Notes: generated from the letters alone by a model not told the origin. A stretch of DNA of 63,998 nt, filler included, from Cercozoa sp. M6MM (GCA_040357565.1; 10 parts of 10 records of this genome joined end to end with filler, not necessarily neighbours in it); one strand, 5' to 3'. Numbered from the whole stretch's first letter, positions 1 through 13,187 are shown. Program-made: numbers and translations.

Positions 1-49
<49 letters not shown>

Positions 50-69
50 TGTGCATTGTGCATGTACAG

Positions 70-1628
70 TACGGGCGAGGAGGCGACGCACATTGGCTGC
101 GCCGACGCCATGCGGGCGCAGGACCACGTGTACCTGCAGTACCGCGAGGTGGGCGTGCTGCTGTGGCGCGGCTTCTCGCTGCAGCAGGTGTGCGACCAGT
201 GCTTCAGCAACGTCGACGATCTCGGCAAAGGTCGTCAGATGCCTGTGCACTACGGCTCCAAGGTACTCCCTGTCTCTGTCTCCCGTGCTTCTTTGTGCTG
301 TATCGCTCTTTGTTGGCAGGCCCTGAACGTTCACACGATCTCGAGTCCGCTCGCTACGCAGATTCCGCAGGCTGCTGGTACATCGCCTTTCATGAGTGTG
401 CATAGATGCCTGTGCACTCGTCTACGTTTATCACAGGTGCTGCCTACGCCTTCAAGCGCGACAACGAGAACTGCCCGGACGATGAGAAGCGTAGCCTTCC
501 CCACCCAGGTCTATGTGTATTGGCATGGGGTGTGTGTCTTGTGCAGGCGCGGCCTGGTGTTTCTTTGGCGACGGCAGCGCGAGTGAAGGCGACTTCCACG
601 CCGGCATGAACTTTGCCGCTACGCTGCAGTGCCCTGTCGTGTTTGTGGTACTTGTCTGTGGTACTCAACACCGACTCCTCGATTGCTGGACTGCTGGGTA
701 GGTGCGCAACAACGGCTACGCCATCTCGACGCCGGTGGAGGAGCAGTACCGCGGCGACGGCATCGCCGGCCGTGCCTCGGGCTACGGCATGCACGTGTGT
801 TGCCCCCCTCCTTGTCTGCGTCTTCCCTGTGCATGGCCCTTGTGTAGGCGATCCGCTGCGATGGCAACGATCTGCTTGCTGTGCTCAAGTCGTCTGAGGT
901 ACCTCTGGTCCCATGTGTGTGTGCATGTGTGTATATGGTATGCATGTATGCATGGGTGTGCGTGTGCATGAGGTAGGAGGCTCGCGACATTGCCGTGTCG
1001 CAGAACAAGCCTGTGCTGCTCGAGGTGATGACCTACCGCGGCGGCCACCACTCGACGTCGGATGACTCGACGCGCTACCGTACCAAGGAGGAGATCAACG
1101 GCTGGTACGTTTCTGCCCCCCCCCCAGTTTACTTTTGCCTTCTTACCCCGAGTCTGCAGGCTGGAAGGCACGTCGCCGATCTCGCGTCTGGGCCGTTTCC
1201 TGCAGGACCGAGGTACCTCTTGTTATCCATCATTCGAGATGCTGTGTTTACGTGTGTCCTGACATGTGTTTGTAGGCTTGTGGACCGAGGAGATGGCGCA
1301 GGAGTGCGCTGACGAGACGCGCAAGCAGGTGCTGCAGGCCTTCTCGACGGCGTCGCAGAAGAAGAAGCCGGTACCTTTCTGGCCTCTCTTGTCTCTGTGC
1401 GCGCGGACGCAACCTCACTCCGATGTGACTGCAGGCACTGACCGAGCTCTTCACCGACGTGTTCGACAAGGAACCGCAGTCGCTGCAGCGTCAGCGTCAG
1501 CAGCTCAAGGAGGTAGTCGCTTCCCCTCTCCCTGCCTGTCCCCCAGACCTGTGTGTGTGTGTGTGCAGCACCTGGAGAAGTACGGCAGCGAGTACAAGCT
1601 CGATGACTTGGCTGAGAAGACGCTCTAG
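70..1628 (+). CDS. BCKDHA: Branched-chain 2-oxoacid dehydrogenase E1 alpha subunit (5'-truncated, multi-exon)
   Basis: Spliced exons give [43 protein letters not shown], the TPP-binding [19 protein letters not shown]...[11 protein letters not shown] and the phospho-loop [17 protein letters not shown]; GT-AG introns; stop TAG at 1626-1628. Confidence 0.95.
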
Positions 1629-2144
1629 ATTTAAAGTTGAACACGCACGACGCGAGTCGCAGTTGGGATGAACTCGCCATACCCAGCGTCGCGTACGCGA
1701 TGTAGACTCTGCATTTAAACTTACCGTGCGTTTAATTGAAATAAGCTCCAGCTCTACCCGGAATTGCGCCTGGCCGGGTGACCGAAATCAAACTCGCTTC
1801 TGACTGGGAGCCACCCGATAGTAGAACGGGATCGAACTGAGTCAGGCTGCTCGCTGCTAAACTACAGCGCAGTACAGAAAATGGGTCACTCCGACAAATC
1901 TGCTGTCATCAGTCGTTTTAGCGATGTTGTGTTGAAGCTATAACGCTGCTTGATGCAGCGTGAGGAGGTTCGGTACTCTACTGTACCCGCGAAACTGATG
2001 CCGCGACCCAGCCCCAGGATTGGTACAGGAAAACTACAGTTGGTTTCTTAGTAGATTTCGCGGATACAGCTGAGTACTGAACCTCTATCGACTGCCGGTG
2101 GGAAGCGAAGGTTTCTATGTGTCAACTAATTTACAGTACAGAAC

Positions 2145-2332
2145 TCAGAACGCCGTGACGGATCCTGCAACCGGCTGCTGCGACAGCTGCTGGGTGTCGT
2201 CGGCGTTGCTGCCGAAGATCTTCTTGAAGAGACTGCGCTTCTTGCGCTTGCCCTTGCCGTTCTTGCGGTCCTTGCGCTCGTACCGCTCCGGCTCCTTGTA
2301 CTGCACAGTGTGGCGTGTGCGTGTGCGTGTGC

Positions 2333-2381
<49 letters not shown>

Positions 2382-2856
2382 TGTGTGTACCTCGGGGTAG
2401 CTCGGCTCCTGGTAGTGCGCGTCGCTGCTGCTGGCCGAGTAGCGCTGGTCGGACGACGAGTAGTACTGCGGCCCGGCACTCGACGAGTAGTACTGCTGCG
2501 GTCGGTAGCGCTGGCGCTGCTGCTTGCCGTAGCCACTCGAGCTGTAGCCACCTCCGTAGCCTCCGTAGCCGCCGCCGTAGCCACCGCCGTAGCCGTAGGC
2601 ACTCGAGCTGTAGCCGCCGCCGTAGCCGCCGCCGTAGTGCTTGTGCGGACGGCAGTTGCCGCCGCCGCAGTTGTCTGCAGCAGCAGCAGCAGCAGCAACA
2701 GTAGGGATGGGTTCAGTCAGTTCAGTGCAGTTCAGTTCAGTTCAGTTTGCAGCGATTGTGTGTGTGTGGAGGAAGGGAAGGGGGGGGGAGAAGGTCAGTG
2801 TGTAGAGTATATATGTATATATATGTATATATATATATATAAGTTTTAATATACAG

Positions 2857-2893
<37 letters not shown>

Positions 2894-3718
2894 CAACGGA
2901 ACGGAGGGAAGGTGGGGCCAAGGCGAGGTACCGTAACGACCGTAGTTCTTGCGACCGCCGTAGCCGTAGCCACCGTAGCCACCGTAGCCACCGCCGTAGC
3001 CGTAGTCGCTACTGCTGCCGTAGCCACCGCCGTAGCCGTGCTTTCGACCACCGCCGCCGTGTCCGTAGCGACCTCCGTAGCGACCTCCGTAGCCACCGCC
3101 GTAGCCACCGCCGTAGCCATAGCCATCGCTGCTGCTGTAGCCGCCTCCGTAGCCACCTCCGTAGCCACCGTAGCCGTACTTGCGTGCAGCCGGTGCTGCC
3201 AGGTCCAGTGCCTCCAGCATGCGGTTGCTGCCGCTCGCCGGGACAGCGTTGACAACCTTGGCCGACATCGGCGGCATCACGCGTGCCGTCTGGCCAGGCA
3301 GGACACACAGGGAGTTGGGTGCAGCACAGTGCAGTGCAGTACAGTACACAGGACACAACACACAAGGTAGGGAGACACATGTGTCAAAGTTGTACTCTCA
3401 TACCGTACTGTACTATTGTACTGTGCTGTGTAAACACACTATCTTTATTGTGTGAGTTACCATGGGAGCAGCAGGCGGCATGGAGTTGCCGCTCGGCGGC
3501 ATGGCCGACTGCACATGCACATGCACACATCAACGTGCACACACGCATCGCATGCACACACAGTGAATAAAAGCAGTGTCAGTTGGAGTGCACACTGGAA
3601 CTGCCTGCCGACAGGAGACACAGAGTCAACGCACCAGATTGAGTGGCGGCATGGCAGACTGGCCGAACTGCGCACCCGAGACAGCAGCCGCGGCGATCGA
3701 GGCAAGAGCGAGCTTCAT
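2145..3718 (-). CDS. Secreted glycine/tyrosine-rich structural-type protein (about 5 exons)
   Basis: ATG at 3718 gives the signal-peptide-like MKLALASIAAAAVSGAQ. It is followed by a Pro/Met-rich linker, two exons of GYGGGYGGG repeats and a last exon YKEPERYERKDRKNGKGKRKKRSLFKKIFGS...VTAF*; GT-AG junctions keep frame. Confidence 0.75.
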
Positions 3719-4410
3719 GGGTTCAGAGGGACTTCAGTGAGTTGCTTCGCAGAGGCAAGGGCCAGGTCGAGTCCTAACAGTGTGTGTGAGAGAGAGGGAG
3801 AGAGGCGACGAGATGACTGGTGCACGCAGGCAGCAGCTGTGTACGCAAAGTGTAAACGCGAAGATAGTATGAGCGAGACGAGGTAACTCGTTGGGACGAG
3901 CAAGTTCGTCAGGCCTCGTGCATGTCATACTTCATTTGTGTGAGCGACGTGAGTGTGACGTGACAGTGACGTGCGACGATCTTGACTTTTGCTGATCTCA
4001 CAAATGTCGGAATCACTCCAGTTTAAATTTGTGCCGTCACTTGATTTAAAATGGCTGTTGTATGGTACCATACATACGTGAGTTTTTTCCCCCGCCCCAA
4101 ACATTAAGTTTGCCCTCAAACAGTAAGTTTGCTAGATCGAGTTAGTTTGGTAGTTGAGTTTTTTTAGAAACCAACTGAACTCTTAGTTCCCCTGTACCGG
4201 TCTGGGTGGGTCACAAGAGCATGGTCGTGTCTACTGCCCGCTTCCAGTTTAAGAATAAACCGTTCTACCGTCCGCGATCGCGCGCACATTTCCGTACGGG
4301 TATGTACTGTCGTGCCGTGTACCGTTATACTACCGCCCGTTTTGACACAGGGACGCACACGACAGTACATGACGTTTTAATATAAATAAACGAAACGCCA
4401 AATAAGCGAA

Positions 4411-5796
4411 TCAGCAGACGAGGGCGGCGACTTGTCGCAGCAGCAAAAAGCACGGCAAGTTGAGCGCAAAGTTGCAGAAGAGGATCATGTAGCTGCTCGC
4501 ACACGCAACAGTAAACACAAAAGGCAAGCATATTGCAAAAAACAAAAACAAAAAAAAAGCGCACGCACCTTAAGAAAATGACAGGATTGCCGTGGTCAAA
4601 CATGTGCACGTCAATCAAAGGCAACTTCACTGACTTCCAGAAGGCATGGGAGCAGTCTGTGAATGGGTGGGGTGAGCGAATGTGAATGCACTCAAGCGGT
4701 GTTTGTCAAAACGTACTGATGTTGAGGTACTGCGGCTCCTTTTCGCCCTTGACCTTGACGTGGAAGGGCGTGTTAAACCTGCAGCGCTCAAACCACTGCA
4801 GTGACAAAACAGAGACGGGAGAGAGGACAGTAAGAAGACTGCTCACCTGGCGTACACGATGAGAATGGAGCAGGCGATGCACGCCAGCCGGAAACTGCCG
4901 GACGGCAGACCCACACTGAGCACGCACGGTTGCACACGAATACGCACACTCGAAAAGACAGCAACAGCACTGTATACCCACGCAAGGCGTAGAGACCCAG
5001 CGGCAGGAACCACAGGTGGTGGAACGACGTCAGTTTGCGCGTCAGCGAGAGCTCCGGCCACACCATGTAGCTACACTCAGGTAAAGGGTGTTGCGACACA
5101 CACGCACACGCACACAGAATCAAAGAAGTACCGAGCCACACCAACGGGGAACTTGCCAGTCAGCAAATACGCCGAGCAGTCAACGTACCACATCAGCTGT
5201 TTCGTAAATACAGTCCACAACCACATAGACAGTAGGCACAGCAGCAAGTTGCACCTGGTCCACAGTGACAGTGGCGAGGGCAGCACCACACAGCACGGGC
5301 ATGTCAATCAGGCAGCCCAAGGCAAAGGTGTACAAGGCGTAGTTGCAGCCCCAAAGCAACTCATGCAGCACGTAGCCACCTATCACGCACACAGGTCAGA
5401 CAGATGCATACACTCACACAGACAGAAAGGAGGCACCGGTCGACTTGTAGCGCAGGTAGAACGTAAGTGTGATGTAAGCCAGGCAAAAGTATCCGATCCA
5501 CGAAATAATCGGGCGACGTGCCTCCGGAAAGCCGCCATCTGCACCCAAGTAGTCGGACTCGGAGGAGCAAAGCCAAACATAGACATACGCAGTACCAATC
5601 GCATCGTGGTGCCTCAGACCGAACAGATACGTCACGCCAATGGCCAAAACAAGACCAATCACCTAAGCACACAGAAACAGTATAGTTAGAGTCAAGCATA
5701 GAGGTCCGAGTATTCTGACAAGCCCACCGATGACGCGAGCGCCTTCGAAGTACGTGTCGGCTTTTCCGGACGCGGCGCTTGCCCTTTAAACGACAT
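4411..5796 (-). CDS. Uncharacterised multi-pass membrane protein
   Basis: Spliced MSFKGQAP...VIGLVLAIGVTYLFGL...ELLWGCNYALYTFALGCL...MWYVDCSAYLLTGKFPVGVARY...TSFHHLWFLP...YLNI...LLLRQVAALVC*; several hydrophobic helices. Confidence 0.6.
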
Positions 5797-5887
5797 CTTT
5801 GGTACACTAAGCGCACCCAATGGATCTAAGCACACTTGTGCGTCAATTAACGCGCTGTTTCGCACTGACCAGCGATGACTGAGCTTA

Positions 5888-8800
5888 TTAATTTTTCGTG
5901 GTGGACGAGGGTTTTAAACAAACACGTGCAAGTAGGCTTGCTTGCCCGAACTGCTCAAGCACACACAGAATGGGCAGGGGAACGGCTTGGGCAATGCTAA
6001 CGTGCAGCGATATATTGTACCACAGTTCGAGTCCGTGTGCCCAAGTGTCACGCGTGTGGGCATCGTCAAAGCACAGGTTCCACTCACTCGACTCGTCGAT
6101 CTGATCGGTCCACTCGATGCGCATCGTCACGTGCAGTGCGCAGTGTGGCACCTGCCCAATCAATCCAGGTCAAAACCAAATACCAGAAAGTCAACTGACC
6201 TTGTGATTCAGGGTAATCTTGCGAATGTTGCGCACGTGCCGGCTGATGGATTCGCCCGTTCCCATTAGATTCAGACTGTTACATAGTACAATGTACGAAG
6301 TGATGACATCCACACCAGAAATCATATCAGAAATCAGGAGAAAACAAAAAGCGGGTCAATATTACGCGAGTCGGCCGTCACGCAGCATGTGCAACGAGGC
6401 GGGCAGTTGCTTAAAGCCGCCGACGATGCCGCCTTTTTTGCGCACGAGCCGCACGTTGGTGCGTGCGTCTGGATCTTCGAGTCCGCTGATGCGGCCAAAG
6501 TCGTCGCTCAACTTCTGGTCTCTGGGGAGGGGGGGGGGGTCAGAGTGCACGGAGGGAGACAAAGTTAAGCAGGTATACGTATGCGTCTTGAGCACTTCGG
6601 GCGGATTCGGTGCGGCAGCTTGGGCGTCACCGCGGAGTCGTCGCAGCAGTCCCACGAACTGCCGGCAGCGCCCCTCGCTCGCATCGCAGAAGAGGTGCAG
6701 CATACGGCGGCCTGAGTGTCCAGTGTACACCAGTGTGAACAACTGTGAAGGCGACTGCAGTCGCAGCAATTTCTCCTTGCCGAATGAGGCTGTTTACAAG
6801 GGAAAGGCACTCTGTACTGATCCCAGACAGTACAGTGATGTGCTGATGTACAGAAGAGTTGGGCCGCCGCAAAGGCCGGCGACTGTCGACCCGTGTGCAG
6901 CAGTTCACAATGCACGAAAGAGAAGCGCGCCAGTGTTTGCGACAGTTCTGTCACGCGCACGCCCGTGCGGTCGCGACGTACCTGCAGAATCACTTGTCGC
7001 ACTCGCACCTGCAACAAATCAACACGCAGTCAAGGAGGAATACTGTACTATACGGTAGCAGGTTTACGTGTTTAGACACTCGCTTCCACAGCTTTTTCGA
7101 GTGCTGTTGCTCGCGTGCGAGACTGAGAGCGTGTGCTCCCGAGTCAGAGTCGGTGTCGATCATGAGTAGAGGCACCCCGCGCACGGCGACGCCGATCATG
7201 TGCATCTCGAGAGCCGAGAAGGTGTTTGTTGGTCGCTCCGACACGACCGAGAGATTTTCGCTCACTTGGAAGGGTTCCAACTCAGTCTCCTGTGTCTCTG
7301 TCGTGTGCTTCTTCTCGTCCTCTTGCTCACTCGACGAGGCACTTTCCTCCAGGCTCGGTGCAGGCGACTCTTCTGTACATTTCAGTATATGCACGACTGT
7401 AGGGGAGGTATAAAGGGGTATGGGTGCCTGCTGCTTGGTTCGGAGGGTCAGCGGGTTGCTGTGCAAAATGGAGTTGCTCCATGCGATTGCCGCCGCTGGC
7501 AGTGCCACTGCGACTGTGTGACATGACTGGTATTGAGTACAAGTGGTTCCCCGTTGGGTCAGGGTAGCCACTGTGACTGCGACTGTGACTGTGACTGTCC
7601 ATGTGACTGTGCGAGAAGTAACTCGTGTCGCCGAGCGGTCGTGGGATCTGCACCGGTACGTAGGGCTGCTGTGTCGTCGAGTAGACCGGTTGCACATGAT
7701 GCATCGCCGGCATTGTCGCAGGAGGCATTGCTTGCACTGGAGTGAAACCGCCACTGTACTGCTGTTGATGTGGTTGTTGCATCGGAGGTTGCATCGGTCT
7801 TGTTGTCGCAGACACGGGTCTGCATACAGGCGACTGCGTACAGGCACTGGATACAAACTGGGAGATGAGGAGGCTCTACCTGGTATGTGGCACGAGTCGC
7901 GGCAAGTCGGGCAGATAGGTTGAAACCACATCGGAGAAGGAGTGACTCTGCGGGGACATTGGTGCCTGCTGAGGAACTGCTGTCTGTTGGTACTCCGGTT
8001 GTTGGTGCGGCTGATGATATGTCTGCTGATACGCTTGTTGATAAGTCTGTTGAGACGATAGTCCCGACGGTTGTTGTTGGTGCTGCCCATGCAGCAGGTA
8101 ATTCGACTGGTGCAACAAATGCTCCAATTGTGCCACCGTATGGTCCACTTTGCTGAGATCGAGTGACTCAGCAACTGGCGTTTCTCTGACTGTCGTTGTT
8201 GTTTCGGTTGCTGTTGTTGCTGTTGCTGCTGTTGATGTTGTTGCTCTTGCTGCTGTTGGCTCTGCATCGGTCTGCGTAGTATCCTCCCGGGTGCTTGGCT
8301 CTCGAGCCGTCAGCACTGTCGCTTCCGCCTTCACAACCTCTTGTCTGCTCGGGTGCTCAGAGGACTTAGAGTCGTCGAAACTGTACTCGTCGTCGAAACT
8401 GGGGCCATGTTGCGACGCCTGTTTCGACCGGTCGTCCTCCTCGATGCACACGCGCTCCAAGGACCTACGACTAGCCGATCGTTTCGGCTCTCGACGTACT
8501 GGCTCACGACTTACTGGCTCACGACTTACTGGCTCACGACTTACTGGATCACGGCGTACAGGTCTACGTGGGCGTGTGTTGGGTCGCCGGATGCGCGAGG
8601 TGCAGGGAACACGCACAGCCACAAGACCTCCGCGCGGCGTGCAGCGTGTTTCGACTCTGGAGCGAACGCGTATCTCACCGAACGAGGACGAAGAAGCCGG
8701 CGACACAGGTACTGGCGCCACTCGTCGCGATTCTTCCGACTCAGTTTCTACTGAAGGAACCGTGGGGTCGGTCTCAACAGGATCCGAGTGCCGCCGCTGT

Positions 8801-9306
8801 TGATACAAGTCGAGCGGACCGGTTTCGCTGTCGTTGTTGGAGTCACTCAAGGCATAGGGATCACTCGCTGCTTCTACCTCCGAGTAGTCAACTTTGACTT
8901 TGGGTTTCGCTGTGTGTTTCGGCTGCTGACTTTCTTCGTCAAAGTCGACGTAACGGCCGTCTCTGAGCAGTGGCAAAAGGGACTGTATGCATTGAGAGAA
9001 AATAGGTAAAGTACTGTACAGCCTATCAATGGGACACCGTTTCACCCAGTCGGCCATGGCGGAAACGCGGCGATTCGGCATGATGCGCATGGCTCGTCGC
9101 AAGTCCTCGGCGTCTGGATACGAGATGTTGAGACTCTCCGTGAGCTCGGACTGTGCTGCCTCGGGTTCGCTCAAGCTGTCACTGTCCGTGCTCTCGCTTT
9201 CGTGACTTTTGGTGCGACTCTCGCGACTGTCCAGATACGTGTCGATGTTAGCGATCACTTTGTCCACATCGGTGAGCAGTGCACGAGCTGCTGCCCGCTC
9301 ATTCAT
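5888..9306 (-). CDS. Large protein with a disordered Gln/Ser-rich middle and C-terminal PH-like domain(s)
   Basis: 476-aa first exon continues in frame after a GT-AG intron. C-terminal exons contain VRKKGGIVGGFKQ and WNLCFDDAHTRDTWAHGL, which resembles the terminal PH helix with its Trp. 3' end approximate. Confidence 0.5.
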
Positions 9307-9731
9307 TTGTGCCAGTCTGCAATTGAATTGAGCCGAATGAACTGAGTCAACTGAGTCAACTGATGCTACTCAGTCAAGCCGCTCTGTCACGTGATCAAAT
9401 GCAAGAGCTTTGTTTTGACGTTATTCTGCTCACACACAGCAGAGCGCAGGCTGCACTGCTGGCTCTGCCGGAAGTTGCGACGCGTTTTCCCCCAGTTTCG
9501 AGAAACCCCTCCCCATGCGGCCCTGGGATTTTCTAACGCGAGCGTTGTCTAGCGCTGGGGTGCACTCGTACTATCAGTATCTCGTACACTCCGGTACAGT
9601 CACGGTGCTGCCAGAGCCAAAAAGCCGATTACGTAACTGACCAGGATAGTATCTTGGGTTTAAAAATGAATACAAATTGAAAATCTCGCTTGCACGTCTA
9701 AATTACCTTTGAGCGTGCTCAACACCGTGCG

Positions 9732-11028
9732 ATGGTTGCCGACGTACCGATTTTACGCATAGTTCTCACCGGAGGGTACTGAAGCGAAAAATGTGTTGCG
9801 TGTCCAGTTTCTGGTGATGTAAAATTGCTGCAGACCGGCCGCGGGCAAAACGACGTGCCTCGAGCGCACTCTGGATGCCTTAGAAAGTGCGTAGTTTATT
9901 GTGTACTTTCTTTCCTCACGAGAGAAGCAGCTTAACGACGTTAAGTAGATCTGCGCATCGATTCGCCTGTGGATTCGCCATTGTCGCGACTTCGGTGTTT
10001 TGTGGTGCCAGAGGCAGCGACCTTTCTGCGAAACAATGTGCGTTAATCTCTGGTGTTGGACTTGTCTGATGCTGAGCTTGTCTGATGCTGAGCTTGTCTG
10101 ATGCTGAGCTTGTCGATGAGCTTGTCTGATGCTGGACTGTCTTGTCCTTGCAATGCTTGGCTTGAGTCACAGTGCGGCTTCGAACTGCGAGAGTTCGATG
10201 TGACGATGCAGCACTCGATCTCCGAGACGCAGGCAGCTCACGAAAATGCCGTGTTCCGACAAGCGAGAACGCGCGCCAGAACGGACGGTGCTCCGTGTGT
10301 GGTGCTGCTGGACCGTGGGCTGCTGGATGCCTCGGTGTTTGTCTCGGAAAACGACTGCGTCGACATCATGCGCCAGGTGCTCGGCTTTGAGAGCGGCCTG
10401 TCCTTCCCGGAGTGTCGTTCCAAAGTGTTTGAACGCTACGATTCCGTTGTGTTTCTCCAGACTGTAAGTTTGGCCTCTCTCGGGGGTTTGACTGACCTGG
10501 GGACTTGACTGACCTGGGACCTGGGGACTTGACTGACCTGGGGACTTGACTGACCTGGGGACCTGAGTGCAGGCCGCCGCCAACGCGCAGGCGCGAAAGG
10601 ACTACCAGAGCGACGAGGCCGAGTTCGAGAAGAGCGAGAGCGAGGACGCCACGCGAGTGCACAGCGAGAACAGCGAAAACCTCGGTCGCATGAGGCGCAA
10701 TCGTTCCTTCACTCGGCACGACGAGGCCGAACCGCCGCGGCACGAGGCTCCTGGCGACGCCGTGCGCAACTGCAACGCTCTTCGCAGGGTAGACTCTCTC
10801 AATATCTTCTCACTCTGTGTTGACCTCTTCTGTTACACATGTGCTTTGACTGTAGGTGTACACCTTGCACCCTAACGCACGCATCTTCGACGCCAATGCT
10901 GATTTCGACACCAAAGTATACCGCACTCTTATTGCTGTTGCTTGGGTGCTTGATGTGGTTTGCGTGCGTGGCAGGTGTCAAGTGCCGCCAACCACATCGT
11001 CGAACTCGTTAAGCAACACTACTCGTGA
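9732..11028 (+). CDS. NadR/Ttd14-like AAA_28 P-loop NTPase
   Basis: MVADVPILRIVLTGG|PAAGKTT (Walker A across an intron), VVLLDRGLLDASVF, RYDSVVFLQT|AA and HPNARIFDANADFDTK fit the Ttd14-family pattern. Confidence 0.8.
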
Positions 11029-11391
11029 CACGGACACTTCGTTGGTGACGAGCTGATTAACGTGAGTCTACGTCTAAATTAAGTCTAAGTCCAAGTCTAC
11101 GTTTGCTAACTATATAACGCAAAGAGCAGAGAGATCTAGCGGTGATCATGAATGGAAAATTGGTAACATGTACTGCAGTTATGCCCGCGTTAGTCAGCGC
11201 TGTACTGAAACAAAGCTGAGTGAGGATTCACTCGTAAGCTGCATTGGCAGGAACGGGAGCGACCGGCGGCACTGTGCACTCGATGTCTCGCAGCAGTTCT
11301 TCGACACCAGGTCGCCCCACGTGCCGTTTCCCTCGCACTCTTTTTTCTGTGTTTGCGCATCACATTGCAAAATGTAAAAAAGACGTCACTA

Positions 11392-12853
11392 TCAAGTGAA
11401 GCGCCGGCAATTACCTTTGAGAGACGGAGCTTGACTGCGTCGACGTCGGCGTACTGGACGCGGTTTGTTTGCCCTCGCGTACTCAAAGATTGGCAGCATC
11501 TCGCGCGTCTTGCTTTTCAGTGCTAAATTTATTCACACAATCAGTTAATGCACTGCTGTCATAATAAGTGATTCGATTACCGTGATGTGTGACCTTGCGA
11601 GCGAGAAGACGATCGCGTTCGAGTCCGTCGGTGTGGCACTGCACCAAGCCACTGCTACCGACTTGCTGCATAACCTCCCAGTCGACGTTGTTTCGGTCAC
11701 AGAACTCCTTGAGCAAGTCGCGCTTGCAAGGGTCGCGCCACGTAAGGTCCGACGCGTCGTACCGGACGTCAGGTGTATCGAACGGGTCGTAGTCTATTGA
11801 TTTTTCCTTTTGCTACAGTACGGCGTGACTCAGTACTCTGTCGAGATGAATAGTATATTCAGAAGAAAGTACACTACCCTGTCAAACGTGTCGAGGAAGA
11901 GCGCGCGCTGGTTTTTCGAAGCGGCAAGAAAGCTCGCGTAGGCACGAGCTCTTTGTTGTCGGAGCTGCTTGAAGCACGCGCGCATTTGCGTACGCACACG
12001 AGTCGCTATCTCGTCGGAGACGTTGCGCTCAAAGGTGAGGTGTCTCTCACGCGCACTCTGAAGTGCACGTGCGTCATGCTTGTCCAAGTAGTGTAAGACA
12101 TCGGCGACGTCGCTTTTGTAGCATATCATGTCTCTCACCTTGGCCTGCATGAGTGATTCCTCGCGTTGAGCCTTGGTTTCGATTGTTGCCGCACGCGACT
12201 CTTCCTCGCGCTTCCATCGACGCTCACGTTGTTGATGCACGCTTCGGATGCGACGTGCGTGGTGTAGGCGATACGAATGTGGAACTACTCGCTCCAATTT
12301 CGGTGGAGGACCGAAAGCGCCTCCGCAACCTCGCAGTCGGCGCAATTGCTCGATTCGCTCGGCTTTGTTGAGTGTGAAACCGACAACTGGTCCGTGAAGC
12401 CTGTACGCCAGTTCCACTGTCGATTCACTTTCACTAAGCACCTCAGTTTGGTCTTCCAGAGCTTCCGTGAACATTCGTTCTTCGTGTTTCTGCTTTGGTG
12501 CAGGCAGCTCTTCCTGAAGCACACTGGGCCTCAGCACTTGCACCACACATGGTGACTGGCGCCGGCCGCGCTCGCCCAATCGCATTTCACGTGCCTTTCG
12601 GTTCTTTTCTCGCTGCACGAATTCGCTCGCTCCGATTTGAGGCAAATCTAGATCGCGATGAGTTGCTTCAATCGAAAATCTAGATCGTCAGCGGCAATTA
12701 AAAAAACTGACCTCGAGCTCTTCGGCGAGTCTGCATTTCGCTTTGACGTGCTTGCTGCTTAAGTGCACGGTACTCTATCAGTGATCTTCCGTTCTCGCCT
12801 GCGATTCGCCGTGTCTCGGCGCGTGTGCGCACCAAGTGGCGGCAAAGTCGCAT
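11392..12853 (-). CDS. FAM228-like coiled-coil protein
   Basis: ERHLTFERNVSDEIATRV...AYASFLAASKNQRALFLDTFDR then YDPF...RDPCKR resembles the FAM228 core (FLD..YDP..DP) as I recall it; ends approximate. Confidence 0.45.
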
Positions 12854-13187
12854 GACCCCGAGAAACGCTTCGGTTGATCGATGTGCGGATTTCTCCAATC
12901 GGAGCCTAATCACTGGTATCTAGCTGCTAAGAGCCGAGCGTACCGAGATGGAGCTGATTTCAGTTAACTAGCTTAGCGGTGCAAGGACAGCTCTGTCTGA
13001 CGTCCCCGGACTCGAACAACAGTCGACTTCTTGGTCCGTTGATTAGCTCAGGCTTTTGGACAGTAACTTTGAGGACGAGTTATTCTCGAGGTATGCCGAC
13101 GGACGTGCGACCGTGGCAGTGGTACGATACGATAGCAGCGGAGTCGGTATTCGAATCAATCTAATGATACCCCGAGAACCCAGTGCC

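Noticed and set aside
1790-1850. GTTCGATCC T-loop-like motif on the minus strand
   Set aside because: The flanks do not form a T-stem or cloverleaf.
7815-7880. Single in-frame TAG between two long same-frame ORFs (readthrough or recoding?)
   Set aside because: The TAG lies in a GTAG donor, and in-frame acceptors give 33- or 60-nt GT-AG introns. Other genes use TAG, TAA and TGA as normal stops.
4859-8803. Long plus-strand ORFs (4859-5689, 6219-7058, 8150-8803)
   Set aside because: Antisense shadows of the minus-strand spliced genes in GC-rich sequence.
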